Shown here: piece after piece, positions 1-10,320 of the stretch
Layout: every line of letters begins with the position of its first letter
How positions within the stretch are numbered: position 1 is the first letter of the stretch
Notes under the pieces: generated by a model
Told to the model about the DNA's origin: nothing
Databases searched by the model: none
Seen by the model: only the letters and a program-made list of their open reading frames with translations
DNA from: Octopus sinensis
Lineage: Eukaryota
Assembly: GCF_006345805.1 (NCBI RefSeq)
Contig: NC_043014.1
Location: 44,144,001-44,208,000 of the forward strand
Reading direction: 5' to 3'
Length of the DNA: 64,000 nt
Program-made: the position numbers and the translations under genes

Positions 1-908
1 CCTCGGTCAAGACCGAGGGCTGGAGAGGAGTAACAGTAGAGCTGAACGTGCAGGCGGAGAGCGAGGTACTGGCGGACCTGGCGGAGAGCATTAAATTGGG
101 AGACGTGATTATGAGAGTGTGAGTGGAGGGCAGAGCTCCATGTTGTTACAAGTGTGGCCTGAGGGGCCACATAAGAGCCTTCTGCCCTCCCCCACCAAGA
201 GAAAAGGAAATCGTTGAGGAAACTCTAAAAGAGGAGGCCCCAAAAGAAGAAGAAATGAAAAAGAAGCAGACGGAAAGGGAAACGACAGAGGAGGAGGAGA
301 TGCAAAAAGAGTGTGAGGAGGGCAGAAAGAAGAAAAAAGGAAAGAAAAGGAAAAACTGTGCGAAGCCCCAACCCACCCCAACACCACCCACACCCTTGGA
401 GACCCATCCTGCCCCCGCAAACAGCAATCCCACCCACTCCCCGCCTACAAGAAAAACGAAAACAGACACACAGAACATACAAAAGCCCCAGTCCTACTTT
501 TTATGTGTTGTGAGGAAGGGGGATACCGAGAACGCAAGAAAGCTTTTTGAAGACAATGTATGGCAGGAGTATGAGGACGGAAGTTATGCGGTGTTCGATT
601 TTGAACTCATGGGCTCTTTGATGAGCAAGTGCAATGAACTACGTATAAATTGTTTTTCAGAATACATGAAGGATGATATGATAGAGAGGTATGAGAGAGA
701 AATGAAAGGTGAGGTGAAAGACTTTGGAATCGTGATAGGAAACGGAAAGGTAAGTGATGCTGGCGGAGGGGGCCGTTAGCATCGCTTTCATGTTATCATT
801 TTTTCATTTTAACATTTCATTTAATCATAATTTTAATCGCATTGTTTTATGTCCCCCATGTTTTGTAATGTTCCCTCTTCGTGGCCCCTAGTGGGTAATA
901 AAGAAATA
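1..908 (+). mobile_element. ORF1-only LINE-like element, subfamily A, copy 1 (runs off the left edge; nonsense codon TGA at 120-122)
   Basis: Near-identical to 1486-2388. Encodes a CCHC knuckle (CYKCGLRGHIRAFC). The stop at 779 is followed by a ~130-bp UTR ending in the tail GCCCCTAGTGGGTAATAAAGAAATA. Confidence 0.8.
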
Positions 909-2388
909 GGATATTTGAGAACTTGTCGGAGACATCGAACTCTGAAGACGAGCAAACCGGTGATGTAAATAATGTGGAGATAAAAAATAGGAAAACGTAC
1001 GCAGGAGTTGCAAAAAAGAAGACGGCACAGGAAAAGGAAATAAACCTAGAAAAATTGCCAGGTTTCCAGAGGTATATGAGGAAGGACAGCGGCGAGGTGG
1101 AACTGGAACCACCGCCAAAGAGAAAGGAATGGTACGATAAAAGGACCATTATTTACAGGGTGTTCGCAAACGAAAGAAAGAAAATAGAAGTTGTAAACAT
1201 GGAGTGGATAGAGGAGGCCCTGAGAAGATCGGAGGAGGAAATCATTTTTCTGACTCGAGGATCGAAGTACGGTACGGTAGTGGTACATTTTAAAAGTGAG
1301 ACTGCAGCGAGGAAGATGGCGGCGAAGGCGGTGAAGTCAGAAAAGGTAACACTTTTACCTATGTATTTGAATAGAAGGATTACACGAGTGAGGGTGGAGG
1401 GAGTGCCACCAAACGTTGAGGCAGAGTGGATTGTGGCGGCTGTGATCAGCGGCCACGAGGAGGAAGTGGATATTCTCCATGCCTCGGTCAAGACCGAGGG
1501 CTGGAGAGGCGTAACAGTGGAGCTGAACGTGCAGGCAGAAAACGAGGTACTGGTGGACCTGGTGGAAAGCATCAGATTGGGAGACGTGATTATGAGAGTG
1601 TGGATGGAGGGCAGAGCTCCACGTTGTTACAAGTGTGGCCTGAGGGGCCACATAAGAGCCTTCTGCCCTCCCCCACCAAGAGAAAAGGAAATCGTTGAGG
1701 AAGCTCCAAAAGAGGAGGCCCCAAAAGAGGAAGAAATTAAAGAGAAGCAGACGGAAAGGGAAACGACAGAGGAGGAGGAGATGCAAAAAGAGTGGGAGGA
1801 GGGCAGAAAGAAGAGAAAAGGAAAGAAAAGGAAAAACTGTGCGAAGCCCCAACCCACCCCAACACCACCCACACCCTTGGAGACCCATCCTGCCCCTGCA
1901 AACAGCGATTCCACCCACTCCCCGCCTACAAGAAAAACGAAAACAGACACACAGAACATACAAAAGCCCCAGTCCTACTTTTTATGTGTTGTGAGGAAGG
2001 GGGATACCGAGGACGCAAGAAGGATTTTTGAGGACGATGTATGGCAAGAGTATGAAGACGGTAGCTACGCGGTGTTCGATTTTGAACTTATGGGCTCTTT
2101 GATGAGCAAGTGTAATGAATTGCGTATAAATTGTTTGTCAGCGTATATGAAGGATGATATGATAGAGAGGTATGAAAGAGAAATGAAGGGTGAGGTAAAA
2201 GAGTTTGGAATTGTGATAGGAAACGGAAAGGTAAGTGATGCTGGCGGAGGGGGCCGTTAGCATCGCTTTCATATTATCATTTTTTCATTTTAACATTCAT
2301 TTACTCATAATTTTAATCACATTGTTTTGTATCCCCCATGTCTTGTAATGTTCCCTCTTCGTAGCCCCTAGTGGGTAATAAAGAAATA
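909..2388 (+). mobile_element. ORF1-only LINE-like element, subfamily A, copy 2
   Basis: One long Gag-like ORF, then the same short UTR and tail as copy 1. No EN/RT coding sequence and no LTRs. Confidence 0.8.
923..2260 (+). CDS. LINE ORF1p-like nucleic-acid-binding protein (RRM-like region, single CCHC zinc knuckle, E/K-rich and P/T-rich linker), 445 aa
   Basis: Open frame with CX2CX4HX4C. Begins at TTG, so the true start is probably lost; the first ATG is at 1076. Homologous to 44285-45385 and to the disrupted ORF at 54208-55494. Confidence 0.75.
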   Translation: MSETSNSEDEQTGDVNNVEIKNRKTYAGVAKKKTAQEKEINLEKLPGFQRYMRKDSGEVELEPPPKRKEWYDKRTIIYRVFANERKKIEVVNMEWIEEALRRSEEEIIFLTRGSKYGTVVVHFKSETAARKMAAKAVKSEKVTLLPMYLNRRITRVRVEGVPPNVEAEWIVAAVISGHEEEVDILHASVKTEGWRGVTVELNVQAENEVLVDLVESIRLGDVIMRVWMEGRAPRCYKCGLRGHIRAFCPPPPREKEIVEEAPKEEAPKEEEIKEKQTERETTEEEEMQKEWEEGRKKRKGKKRKNCAKPQPTPTPPTPLETHPAPANSDSTHSPPTRKTKTDTQNIQKPQSYFLCVVRKGDTEDARRIFEDDVWQEYEDGSYAVFDFELMGSLMSKCNELRINCLSAYMKDDMIERYEREMKGEVKEFGIVIGNGKVSDAGGGGR

Positions 2389-2425
2389 GAAATCAGAAAT
2401 CAGAGAAAAAAATTTTCCATGTAAG

Positions 2426-3682
2426 ATGGCATCCAATCAGCAAGAGAACGATACGTACGTAGAATTGGTAGCGTATTTGGAAGAACAGAACGGTACACAC
2501 GAAGCATTAATGGTGTGTCCGGATGAAACTAGCCTTTTAGACGACGATGAGTGCGAATCAGCAACGGCGGATTCGGAAGAAAATAGCGACATATTCGAAT
2601 TGTTGATGGAAGATTCGGTAGAAGAGACCCACACATACGAAACAGTAATGGCAGATTCGGAAGAAAAGAGCGTTTTAGACGACGATGTCTGCGAATCAGC
2701 AACGGCGGATTTGGGAAAAAAGAGCCTTTTAGACAGTGAAGTATACGAACCATCAAATGCGGATTCGGAAGAAAATAGCCACATATACGGATCGTTGATG
2801 GTAGATTCGGTAGAAAAGACCCATACATATGAAACAGTAATGGCAAATTCGGAAGAAGAGAGTCATACCTACGAAAACTTAAGGGTGGATTCGAAAGAAG
2901 AGAGCCATACCTACGAAAAATTAAGGGCGGATTCGGAAGGAGAGAGCCATACCTACGAAGAAATAATGCCGGATTCGGAAGGAGATAGCCATATCTACGA
3001 AGAAATAATGCCGGATTCGGAAGGAGATAGCCATATCTACGAAACATTAAGGGCGGATTCAGAAGGAGAGAGCCTTTCCCTCGAAATAATAACTGATTCG
3101 GAAAAAACGGAAGAAACAGATGGCAATAATTCTGTAGACGATTCGACAAATGTTCCGATACTAACCACAGAAGAATCAAGGACAACACGTCGTTTGTCAC
3201 ATTCTTCTACTTCTAGCAACGCGGAAAACGAAGAAACGACCGCACTCGGACGATTTGGGCAACATCAAAATCAACATCACACGACCATCTCTTTTGATAT
3301 GCACTGGCTGTTTATACTTGCTTGTCTGGTGTCGAGTTCAGTCAATTTATCCTGCAGTTTTACATATCTGTTGCTACTGCTTCGCAAATATTCAATTGCA
3401 TCAGATTATTGGAGTGTTGTTCTGAACACGATTACGTTATTCAGCTCGTCCATAATCTTCTGCATCTTTTCCCCAATTTGGAAGCGAAAGTTAGTTTTTC
3501 CGAATAGAACTATCGGCTACAGTCTCATATATACGACCCTCAATCTCGTGTCTGCTGTCATTATCATCAATTTACGTTACACTCGGATCACCCTCGCCAT
3601 TTTTATAAGCAGTATCTTGCTGTCTGTCCTGTTATTTGTACAGAGAATCAGATTAAGATTTACAGCTTTAGAAAACCTGTAA
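2426..3682 (+). CDS. Tetraspan family paralogue G1 (418 aa): long acidic N-tail with 14-aa Tyr repeats, four C-terminal TM helices
   Basis: ATG-to-stop ORF. Four hydrophobic segments with the family motifs HWLFIL..SLSCS, WKRK..FPNR and LNLVSAVII. RRLS motif precedes TM1. Confidence 0.85.
   Translation: MASNQQENDTYVELVAYLEEQNGTHEALMVCPDETSLLDDDECESATADSEENSDIFELLMEDSVEETHTYETVMADSEEKSVLDDDVCESATADLGKKSLLDSEVYEPSNADSEENSHIYGSLMVDSVEKTHTYETVMANSEEESHTYENLRVDSKEESHTYEKLRADSEGESHTYEEIMPDSEGDSHIYEEIMPDSEGDSHIYETLRADSEGESLSLEIITDSEKTEETDGNNSVDDSTNVPILTTEESRTTRRLSHSSTSSNAENEETTALGRFGQHQNQHHTTISFDMHWLFILACLVSSSVNLSCSFTYLLLLLRKYSIASDYWSVVLNTITLFSSSIIFCIFSPIWKRKLVFPNRTIGYSLIYTTLNLVSAVIIINLRYTRITLAIFISSILLSVLLFVQRIRLRFTALENL
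2560..3100 (+). repeat. Coding 42-bp (14-aa) tandem repeat in G1
   Basis: Units such as GCGGATTCGGAAGGAGAGAGCCATACCTACGAAGAAATAATG. The Tyr codons at 2786 and 3038 are exactly 6x42 bp apart. Confidence 0.9.
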
Positions 3683-3844
3683 CCAACTTCAACTTTCTAT
3701 TTTCAATCATTCTTGTTTTATATTATCTTTCCGCGTAGTTTGTTTTAACTCTTGAACATTTCACTTGGTGTTTTTTTAAACAGGATTGTAGACAAAATGT
3801 AACCAAACATTATAAATACTGTGACTATGCTGTTGGAGTTTAAT

Positions 3845-4250
3845 ATTCTTTCAGTTGTACTTTCAGTAGTTTTAACCCCTTTTCAATAGTTTTAACCCTT
3901 TTTCAATAGTTTTAACCCTTTTTTCAATAGTCTTAACCCTTTTGAGGAGTTTTAACTCTTTTCAAGAGTTTTAACCCTTTTCAATAGTTTTAACCCTTTT
4001 CAATAGTTTTAACCCCTTTCAGTAGTTTTAACCCCTTTCAGTAGTTTTAACCCCTTTCAGTAGTTTTAACCCCTTTCAGTAGTTTTAACCCTTTTCAATA
4101 GTTTTAACCCTTTTGAGTAGTTTTAACCCTTTTGATTAGTTTTAACCCTTTTTGAGTCGTTTTAACCCCTTTCAGTAGTTTTAACCTTTTTGAGTAGTTT
4201 TAACCCTTTTTCAATAGTTTTAACCTTTTTGAGTAGTTTTAACCCTTTCA
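3845..4250. repeat. ~20-bp minisatellite (AGTAGTTTTAACCCCTTTC-like), about 20 units
   Basis: Direct reading of tandem units. Confidence 0.9.
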
Positions 4251-4879
4251 ACAATCATACTCTGGATATGTATGTAGAATTTCAAACAGAAAGATGAGCA
4301 TAATTTTATTGCTAATAATAATAATAATAATAATCCATGTTACGTTATTGAATTTTATACCCCGAACTTGAACAGAAAACCTGCCGCATTTCCCATGATG
4401 CCAGACCTACTTTTGCGTTTGATACTTGTAATGCCTACCACACAAATGAATACCCGTATATATTTCGATCTACTGCATTGCCATATAAAGAACCACACGA
4501 AAATATTTGCTCAAAACCTCGTGATTACCGTTTCTTAGCAGTTTTTTTACTGACGCAGGTTTCGGTTAATCACTTCATGTGCTTTATATAATGAGAGAGC
4601 GGGAGACAACTCTACGTATTATCAATTATTAAGGTCTTTACCGCGTACGTTTGCATTATAACAACAGTTATAAATCTGATTCCTTTTGACATCTAACATC
4701 AATTTCTGTCATTAAAGATTTCTAATCGCATGTAATTTTTCGTAAATTTCCAACGCTATTACAATCCCAAGACTAACTTTTAAGAAGACCGCTCAGAATG
4801 CAAGCCTCCACCAAGGCAACACTGAAGTCTTATTAGCCAGAGATGATTTTTAAGATGAGAATATCTGAAACAAACTCGA

Positions 4880-5125
4880 CTGCTTTCACAAACGAGATTA
4901 CTAAAAATGAACCCGACCGCCCTCAAAATTTAAGTAAAAAAAGAAAAAATGAAAAAATAATCCAGAATCCTTGTCCGGTTCCGGATAGATCCCAAAATCT
5001 AATTAGTTCGTGCCAGTCCTTGAAATTTCCGAATCCATCCCGCGGTTGAGATATCTTGTCCACCGACAAACAAACAAATGCGACTGAAAACAATACCCCC
5101 GCCTTAGCGAAGGCGGAGATAGTAA
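4880..5125 (+). mobile_element. Possible non-autonomous Helitron/Helentron-like element
   Basis: Ends in a GC hairpin (CCGCC-TTAGCGAA-GGCGG) followed by AGATAG, preceded by an (AAAC)n run. Resemblance only. Confidence 0.35.
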
Positions 5126-5378
5126 GTACTGATACAACATCATCAATTAGAATGATCAATATGCAGGAAATGTTGCTGACTAAAGAATAAAATATGAAGT
5201 AGTTAATTGTTTAACCCCTTACCCAACAATTATTTTGAAAATAAATGTATTTTTTCAAACATATTTTTTAATTGTTTTATTTTACTATGTTTTGAATGGT
5301 GATTTCGAGGTATATTTCAAACCTTATTTATTATGAATTTTAATTCAATAATATTGATTTTAAATTACCGCTTTGGGC

Positions 5379-5704
5379 TTAAAGACTCCGCCGGTTACGA
5401 CGACGAGGGTCCCAGCTGATACTATCAACGGAACAGCTTGCTCGTGAAATTAACGTGCAAATGGCTGAGCATTCCACAGACACGTGTACCCTTAACGTAG
5501 TTCTCGGGGATAATCAGCGTGACAAAGAGAGTGACAAGGCCGGCCCTTTGAAATACAAGTACAACTCATTTTTGCCAGCTGAGTGGACTGGAGCAACGTG
5601 AAATAAAGTGTCTTGCTCAAGGACACAACGCGTCGCCGGGAATCGAACTCACAACCTTACGATCATGAGCCGAATGCCCTAACCACTAAGCCACGCGCCC
5701 TCAC
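5379..5704 (-). mobile_element. tRNA-derived SINE, family B (V-domain-like body)
   Basis: tRNA-like head on the minus strand and a GTGTCCTTGAGCAAGACAC body. Flanked by the 12-bp TSD ACCGCTTTGGGC. Confidence 0.8.
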
Positions 5705-5973
5705 ACCGCTTTGGGCAGAAACGAGTTAACCCGTTTTTAGACGAAGGAACTCGTTTGCTGTCGATTTTGGCGAGTCTATCTTTTGACGAGTTAACTCACC
5801 AGAGATAGAAAAAAAAGGGTTTCGGTCAAAACGCATATATTCGTTTCTGTCGGGTAAGGGGTTAAACCGATTTCACAAACGGAAAACAATTTTTTTTTTT
5901 ACTTTCCATTGTTTCATAGATAATACAGTGGAGACATATAAAGGAACTAGCAGACGGTATTTCTGATGGAGAA

Positions 5974-6391
5974 TAAGGCGGTGAGCTGGCAGAACCGTTA
6001 GTACGCCGGACGAAATGCTTTGCGGTATTTCGTCCGCCGCTACGTTCTGAGTTCAAATTCCGCCGAGGTCGACTTTGCCATTCATCCTTTCGGGGTCGAT
6101 AAATTAAGTACCAGTTACGCACTGGGGTCGATGTAATCGACTTAATACTTATGCCTGTCTTTGTTTGTTCACTCTGTATTTAGCCCCTTGCGGGTAATAA
6201 AGAAATAGGTATTTCGTCTGCCGTTACGTTCTGAGTTCAAATTCCGCCGAGGTCGACTTTGCCATTCATCCTTTCGGGGTCGATAAATTAAGTACCAGTT
6301 ACGCACAGGGGTCGATGTAATCGACTTAATACCTATGCCTGTCCTTGTTTGTCCACTCTATGTTTAGCCTCTTGTGGGTAATAAAGAAATA
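5974..6391 (+). mobile_element. SINE family A with a duplicated body
   Basis: tRNA-like head, GCCTTTCATCCTTTCGGGGTCGATAAA core and GTGGGTAATAAAGAAATA tail. 18-bp TSD GGTATTTCTGATGGAGAA. Confidence 0.85.
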
Positions 6392-6660
6392 GGTATTTCT
6401 GATGGAGAAAACTTTTCTTATTAGTTGGCTTCGTATCTGCACAGGTAATGATTTCGTCAGAAATGAAAAAAATAATAAATGATTGTGGGAACTTAGAGAA
6501 ACTCGTAGCTTCACGAATAATCTAAATATTTTCAATTTGCTACGAACATCGAATAATTTTAGGTTAAAACCTTTTCTGGATTCTATATATTGTCCAGAAG
6601 AATGATACATATAGACATTATCGAACAAAGGATCTCGATGTCAGCACTACCTCAAATATC

Positions 6661-7536
6661 CATTTCTTTATTACCCACAAGGGGCTAAACATAGAGGGGA
6701 CAAACAAAGACAGACATAGGTATTAAGTCGATTATATCGACCCCAGTGCGTAACTGGTACTTATTTAATCGACCCCGAAAGGATGAAAGGCAAAGTCGAC
6801 CTCGGCGGAATTTGAACTCACAATGTAACGGCAGACGAAATACCACTAAGCATTTCGCCCGGTGTGCTAACGATTCTGCCAGCTCGCCGCCCCTCTCTAC
6901 CTCAAATATCACGGCCATCTCTTCACTAGCACTTACTATAACACGGTTGCTGGCAGAAACGTTAGCACGCCGGGCGAAATGCTTAGCGGTATTTCGTCTG
7001 CCGTTACGTTCTGAGTTCAAATTCCGCCGAGGTCGACTTTGCCTTTCATCCCCTCGGGGTCGATAAATAAAGTACCAGTTACGCACTGGGGTCGATGTAA
7101 TCGACTTAATACCTATGTCTGTCCTTGTTTGTCCTCTCTGTGTTTAGCTCCTTGTGGGTAATAAAGAAATTGGTATTTCGTCTGCCGTTACGTTGTGAGT
7201 TCGAATTCCGCCGAGGTCGATTTTGCCTTTCATCCTTTCGGGGTCGATAAATAAAGTACCAGTTACGAACTGGGGTCGATGTAATCGACTTAATACCTAT
7301 GTCTGTCCTTGTTTGTCCCCTGTGTTTAGCCCCTTGTGGGTAATAAAGAAATTGGTATTTCGTCTGCCGTTACGTTGTGAGTTCGAATTCTGTGAGGTCG
7401 ATTTTGCCTTTCATCCTTTCGGGGTCGATAAATAAAGTACCAGTTACGAACTGGGGTCGATGTAATCGACTTAATACCTATGTCTGTCCTTGTTTGTCCC
7501 CTCTGTATTTAGCCCCTTGTGGGTAATAAAGAAATA
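6661..7536. mobile_element. SINE family A cluster: one minus copy (6661-6895) and one plus copy with three tandem bodies (6950-7536)
   Basis: Same core and tail. The minus copy is flanked by the TSD CTACCTCAAATATC. Confidence 0.85.
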
Positions 7537-7934
7537 GGTTGCTAACTCGATGTTTCTTCTGTATAATATTCCCGTTTATGAAATGATTATCACTTTCTTA
7601 ACTCGATCACTCATCCAATGTATCTTGTCAGATTTATTTAAACTCTTAACCGCTACTTTATCTTCGGTTTCCAATAAAGTTTCCAATAACTTGTTTCTTA
7701 CTTTTGGTTCTTTCTTGTGTACCGAGGTTGACATCGAATTTTACACTTCAAATTTTGTAACCAACTTCAAATCTCCACTCTCGGGCAACCCAGTTATATT
7801 TTTCGATGTAGTTCAACTTCTAATATTTTATTTTAAAATATAGTGAAATCGGGTGGGGGTGGAATAAACGAATGTTACTATTTCAAATACCCTGGATACG
7901 TTGTCACGTATAAGAAAAAAAAATCCGAAGCAGT

Positions 7935-8130
7935 GTTAACGCATAAAGCGCGACGGGCCACGATCGTGGCCGTCAGGTACAGGTCGAAGGGCCACGATCG
8001 TGGCCCAGACAGATGCATTTAATTTATGAGCGTTTGTTGAGGTCTAATGTCACTCAAACGCTCCGATACCACCCCCCCCCCAGAATTCAAGAGGACTAAT
8101 AGCTCAACTAATGAATTTTGAATTTTTATC
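7935..8130 (+). repeat. Unclassified ~190-bp repeat with two GGCCACGATCGTGGCC palindromes
   Basis: An inverted homologous copy lies at 21030-21215. Confidence 0.7.
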
Positions 8131-8282
8131 AAGCCACAAGGGTCAAACACAGAGGAGACATACACACATGCGGGGACAAACAACACATGAAAAATGAATG
8201 AAAAACGGCTATCTCGGCCCCGCTCCGAGATGAAACCATGATTCCCCCCATCCTTTTTTTTTAGCTTTACTGTTTAACCAAA

Positions 8283-8465
8283 AAAGATTTTACATATTCT
8301 TTATTGCCCACAAGGGGTGAAACATAGAGGGGACAAACAAGGACAGACAAAGGGATTAAGTCGATTACATCGACCCCAGTACGTAACTGGTACTTATTTA
8401 ATCGACCCCGGAAGAATGAAAGGCAAAGTCGGCCTCGGCGAAATTTGAACTCAGAACGTAACAGC
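8283..8465 (-). mobile_element. SINE family A, partial
   Basis: Core and tail match the other family A copies. Confidence 0.8.
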
Positions 8466-10320
8466 AGCCCGGCAAGAAAGTCCTCGAGGGCTCTCCCACC
8501 ACCAGGAACGCCGTCATCCCCCGAACAGCTGGGCGGAGTACTCCCGAAAGGCCTCACACATTTTCTGGCCAGCGGAGACCACACCCGTTCACTATGTAGG
8601 AGAATCCAGAGGTGCCTCAACCTCAACGCATGTCTGCGCATTATTAACCAAGGCAGCCCTAAACCTCCCTTTAAAGTCTTTTGACAGCAGACAGAGCGTT
8701 TCACAAGTGGCAACCTGCCCTTCCACAAAAAGCAAAAGAGCTGTCTCTCCAGCCTGATCAACCACGAATCCGGACAGGGCACGACGGTTAGGCGGTAGGT
8801 AATGACCGATGCGATAAACACATTGGCCACCTCCTCCCTCCCTTTCAGGGATAGCCACCGCTAAGACCAGGTATTGACAACTGCAGCCACCCTGCTCAAT
8901 ACCTCCGTCCAATTTTTCTCTCTCTGGAGGCCTGGTCCAAACCAAACTCCCAGCAACTTAACCGGTCCCTCCATCCAGCGCCCAATAACGCTGTCTGAAG
9001 GCATCGATTTGCCAACCCAGGTGCCGAGCTACAAGCCGACCGACTTTTCCCGGTTGATCTTTGCTCCGGCCACCTCCTCGTAAGCCTCAATAGTCTTACC
9101 CACTTCACGTAGGCGTGCTACCGAGGTTACGCTGATAGTGATATCATCCGCGTAAGCCGTAACAAACTCCTCTAGACCTGGTTCTCTCGGGATGCTACTC
9201 AACTTTCGCAGTAGCGGCTCGAGAGCCATTACATACAGAAGTGGTGAAAGCGGACATCCTTGACGAACCGAGCGTCTGATGCAGAACGGCTTCGAAAGGA
9301 AACCGTTCACCCGAACTATCGAGTCAATGTTGTGGTACGAAGCCATAAACCACCTGAGGAAGCCAAGGCCCAGGCTGAACCGCGCAAGCACAGTCGCCAG
9401 GTATCGATGGTCAACCATATCAAAAGCTTTAGACTGATCTAAATGTACCAATGCCCCACCTTTGCCAGATTTATTACCAACCCTCTCTATGGTATAGCGA
9501 ATAAGATGGAGGGTATACTGAATGGTTCTGCCTGGGATGGCACATGTTTGTGCCTCCCCGACTATACCATTCACGACACGCGCCAACCTTTTTGCTAAGA
9601 CCTTGGCCAAAATCTTCACTTCTGCGATTAACAGAGTGATGGGCCTGAAATTCTCTATAACGTCTCTCTTGTCCGGGTCCTTTCTGACCAACGTCACTAC
9701 CCCCCGGCGCACAGATCTGGGGATAAGCCCATTCTGTTGCCAGTTCGCGTACACGTCAGCCAGTAGTTGCCCGAACAAGTCTGGCATACATTTATACAGC
9801 TCGTACAGAAGACCATCAAGTCCCGGTGACTTACCCGCTTTGCAGTCGGCCAAAGCCTCCATCACCTCCACAGACGTGATTGGCTCTTCGCAAAACTCCG
9901 CATCCGACTCCGAGAGACACGGCAGCCCAGCAAGAAAGTCCTCGAGGGCTCTCCCACCTCCAGGACCGCCGTCACCCCCAAACAGCTAGGCGAAGTACTC
10001 CCGAAAGGCCTCACACATTTTCTCGGATTCGTTTACTAAGACACCATTTTGATTCGCCAAAGATCGAATAGTGGAACTATTTCTTTGCCGAGCTTCCACC
10101 ACTCAAGCCCATCCAGCGGCCTTGATTCCTTCACTTCCCATTGCACATAACTTAGCTCTGGCAATACTTCCCATGTGTTGGGCTTCAAGATGCTGGTTTA
10201 ACTCCAGTCTTTTCACCCTCGTATGGTCCGCATTACCAGTCCTCCAGGCTTCTTCTAGTCCCTTAATTAGACCATCTTCTTTTCTACGTCCCTTCTTAGC
10301 TAAACTTATGCTAATGAGTC
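8465..10320 (-). mobile_element. L1/Tx1-like LINE ORF2 fragment (RT and flanks), rearranged
   Basis: RT motifs KSPGLDG, FRPITLL, LDQSKAFD, RQGCPLSPLLY and YADD. Post-RT segment WKGRLPLVKRSVC..GGLG. Confidence 0.9.
9029..9871 (-). pseudogene. Non-LTR reverse transcriptase domain (L1/Tx1-like)
   Basis: 280-aa open segment with canonical RT motifs including YADD. The flanking frames are disrupted. Confidence 0.9.

Larger units (their letters stand above)
5880..7790 (+). pseudogene. Degenerate tetraspan paralogue, split by SINE insertions
   Basis: Retains the upstream-block fragment and the TTAG|TTGGCTTC junction (~6420). 7540-7700 translates ANS..F..RSLIQCIL..LFKLLTAT, matching family TM2-TM3, with frameshifts. 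Confidence 0.65.

Noticed and set aside
109-1994. Antisense and alternate-frame ORFs over the ORF1 elements and tetraspan genes
   Set aside because: Shadow frames of purine-rich or repetitive coding sequence with no recognisable motifs.
923-2260. Retroviral/LTR Gag or a domesticated Gag-like host gene
   Set aside because: No LTRs, PBS or pol. Multiple dispersed, 5'-truncated copies end in a LINE/SINE-type tail.
2426-3682. Cephalopod chemotactile (Cys-loop) receptors, tetraspanins or claudins
   Set aside because: No signal peptide or large extracellular ligand-binding domain, no CCG-containing large loop, and no claudin W-GLW-C-C motif; both predicted outer loops are short.
5862-7086. Recurrent MRNWY...RQSRPRRNLNS ORFs
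   Set aside because: Antisense translations of the SINE A core, found wherever the SINE occurs.
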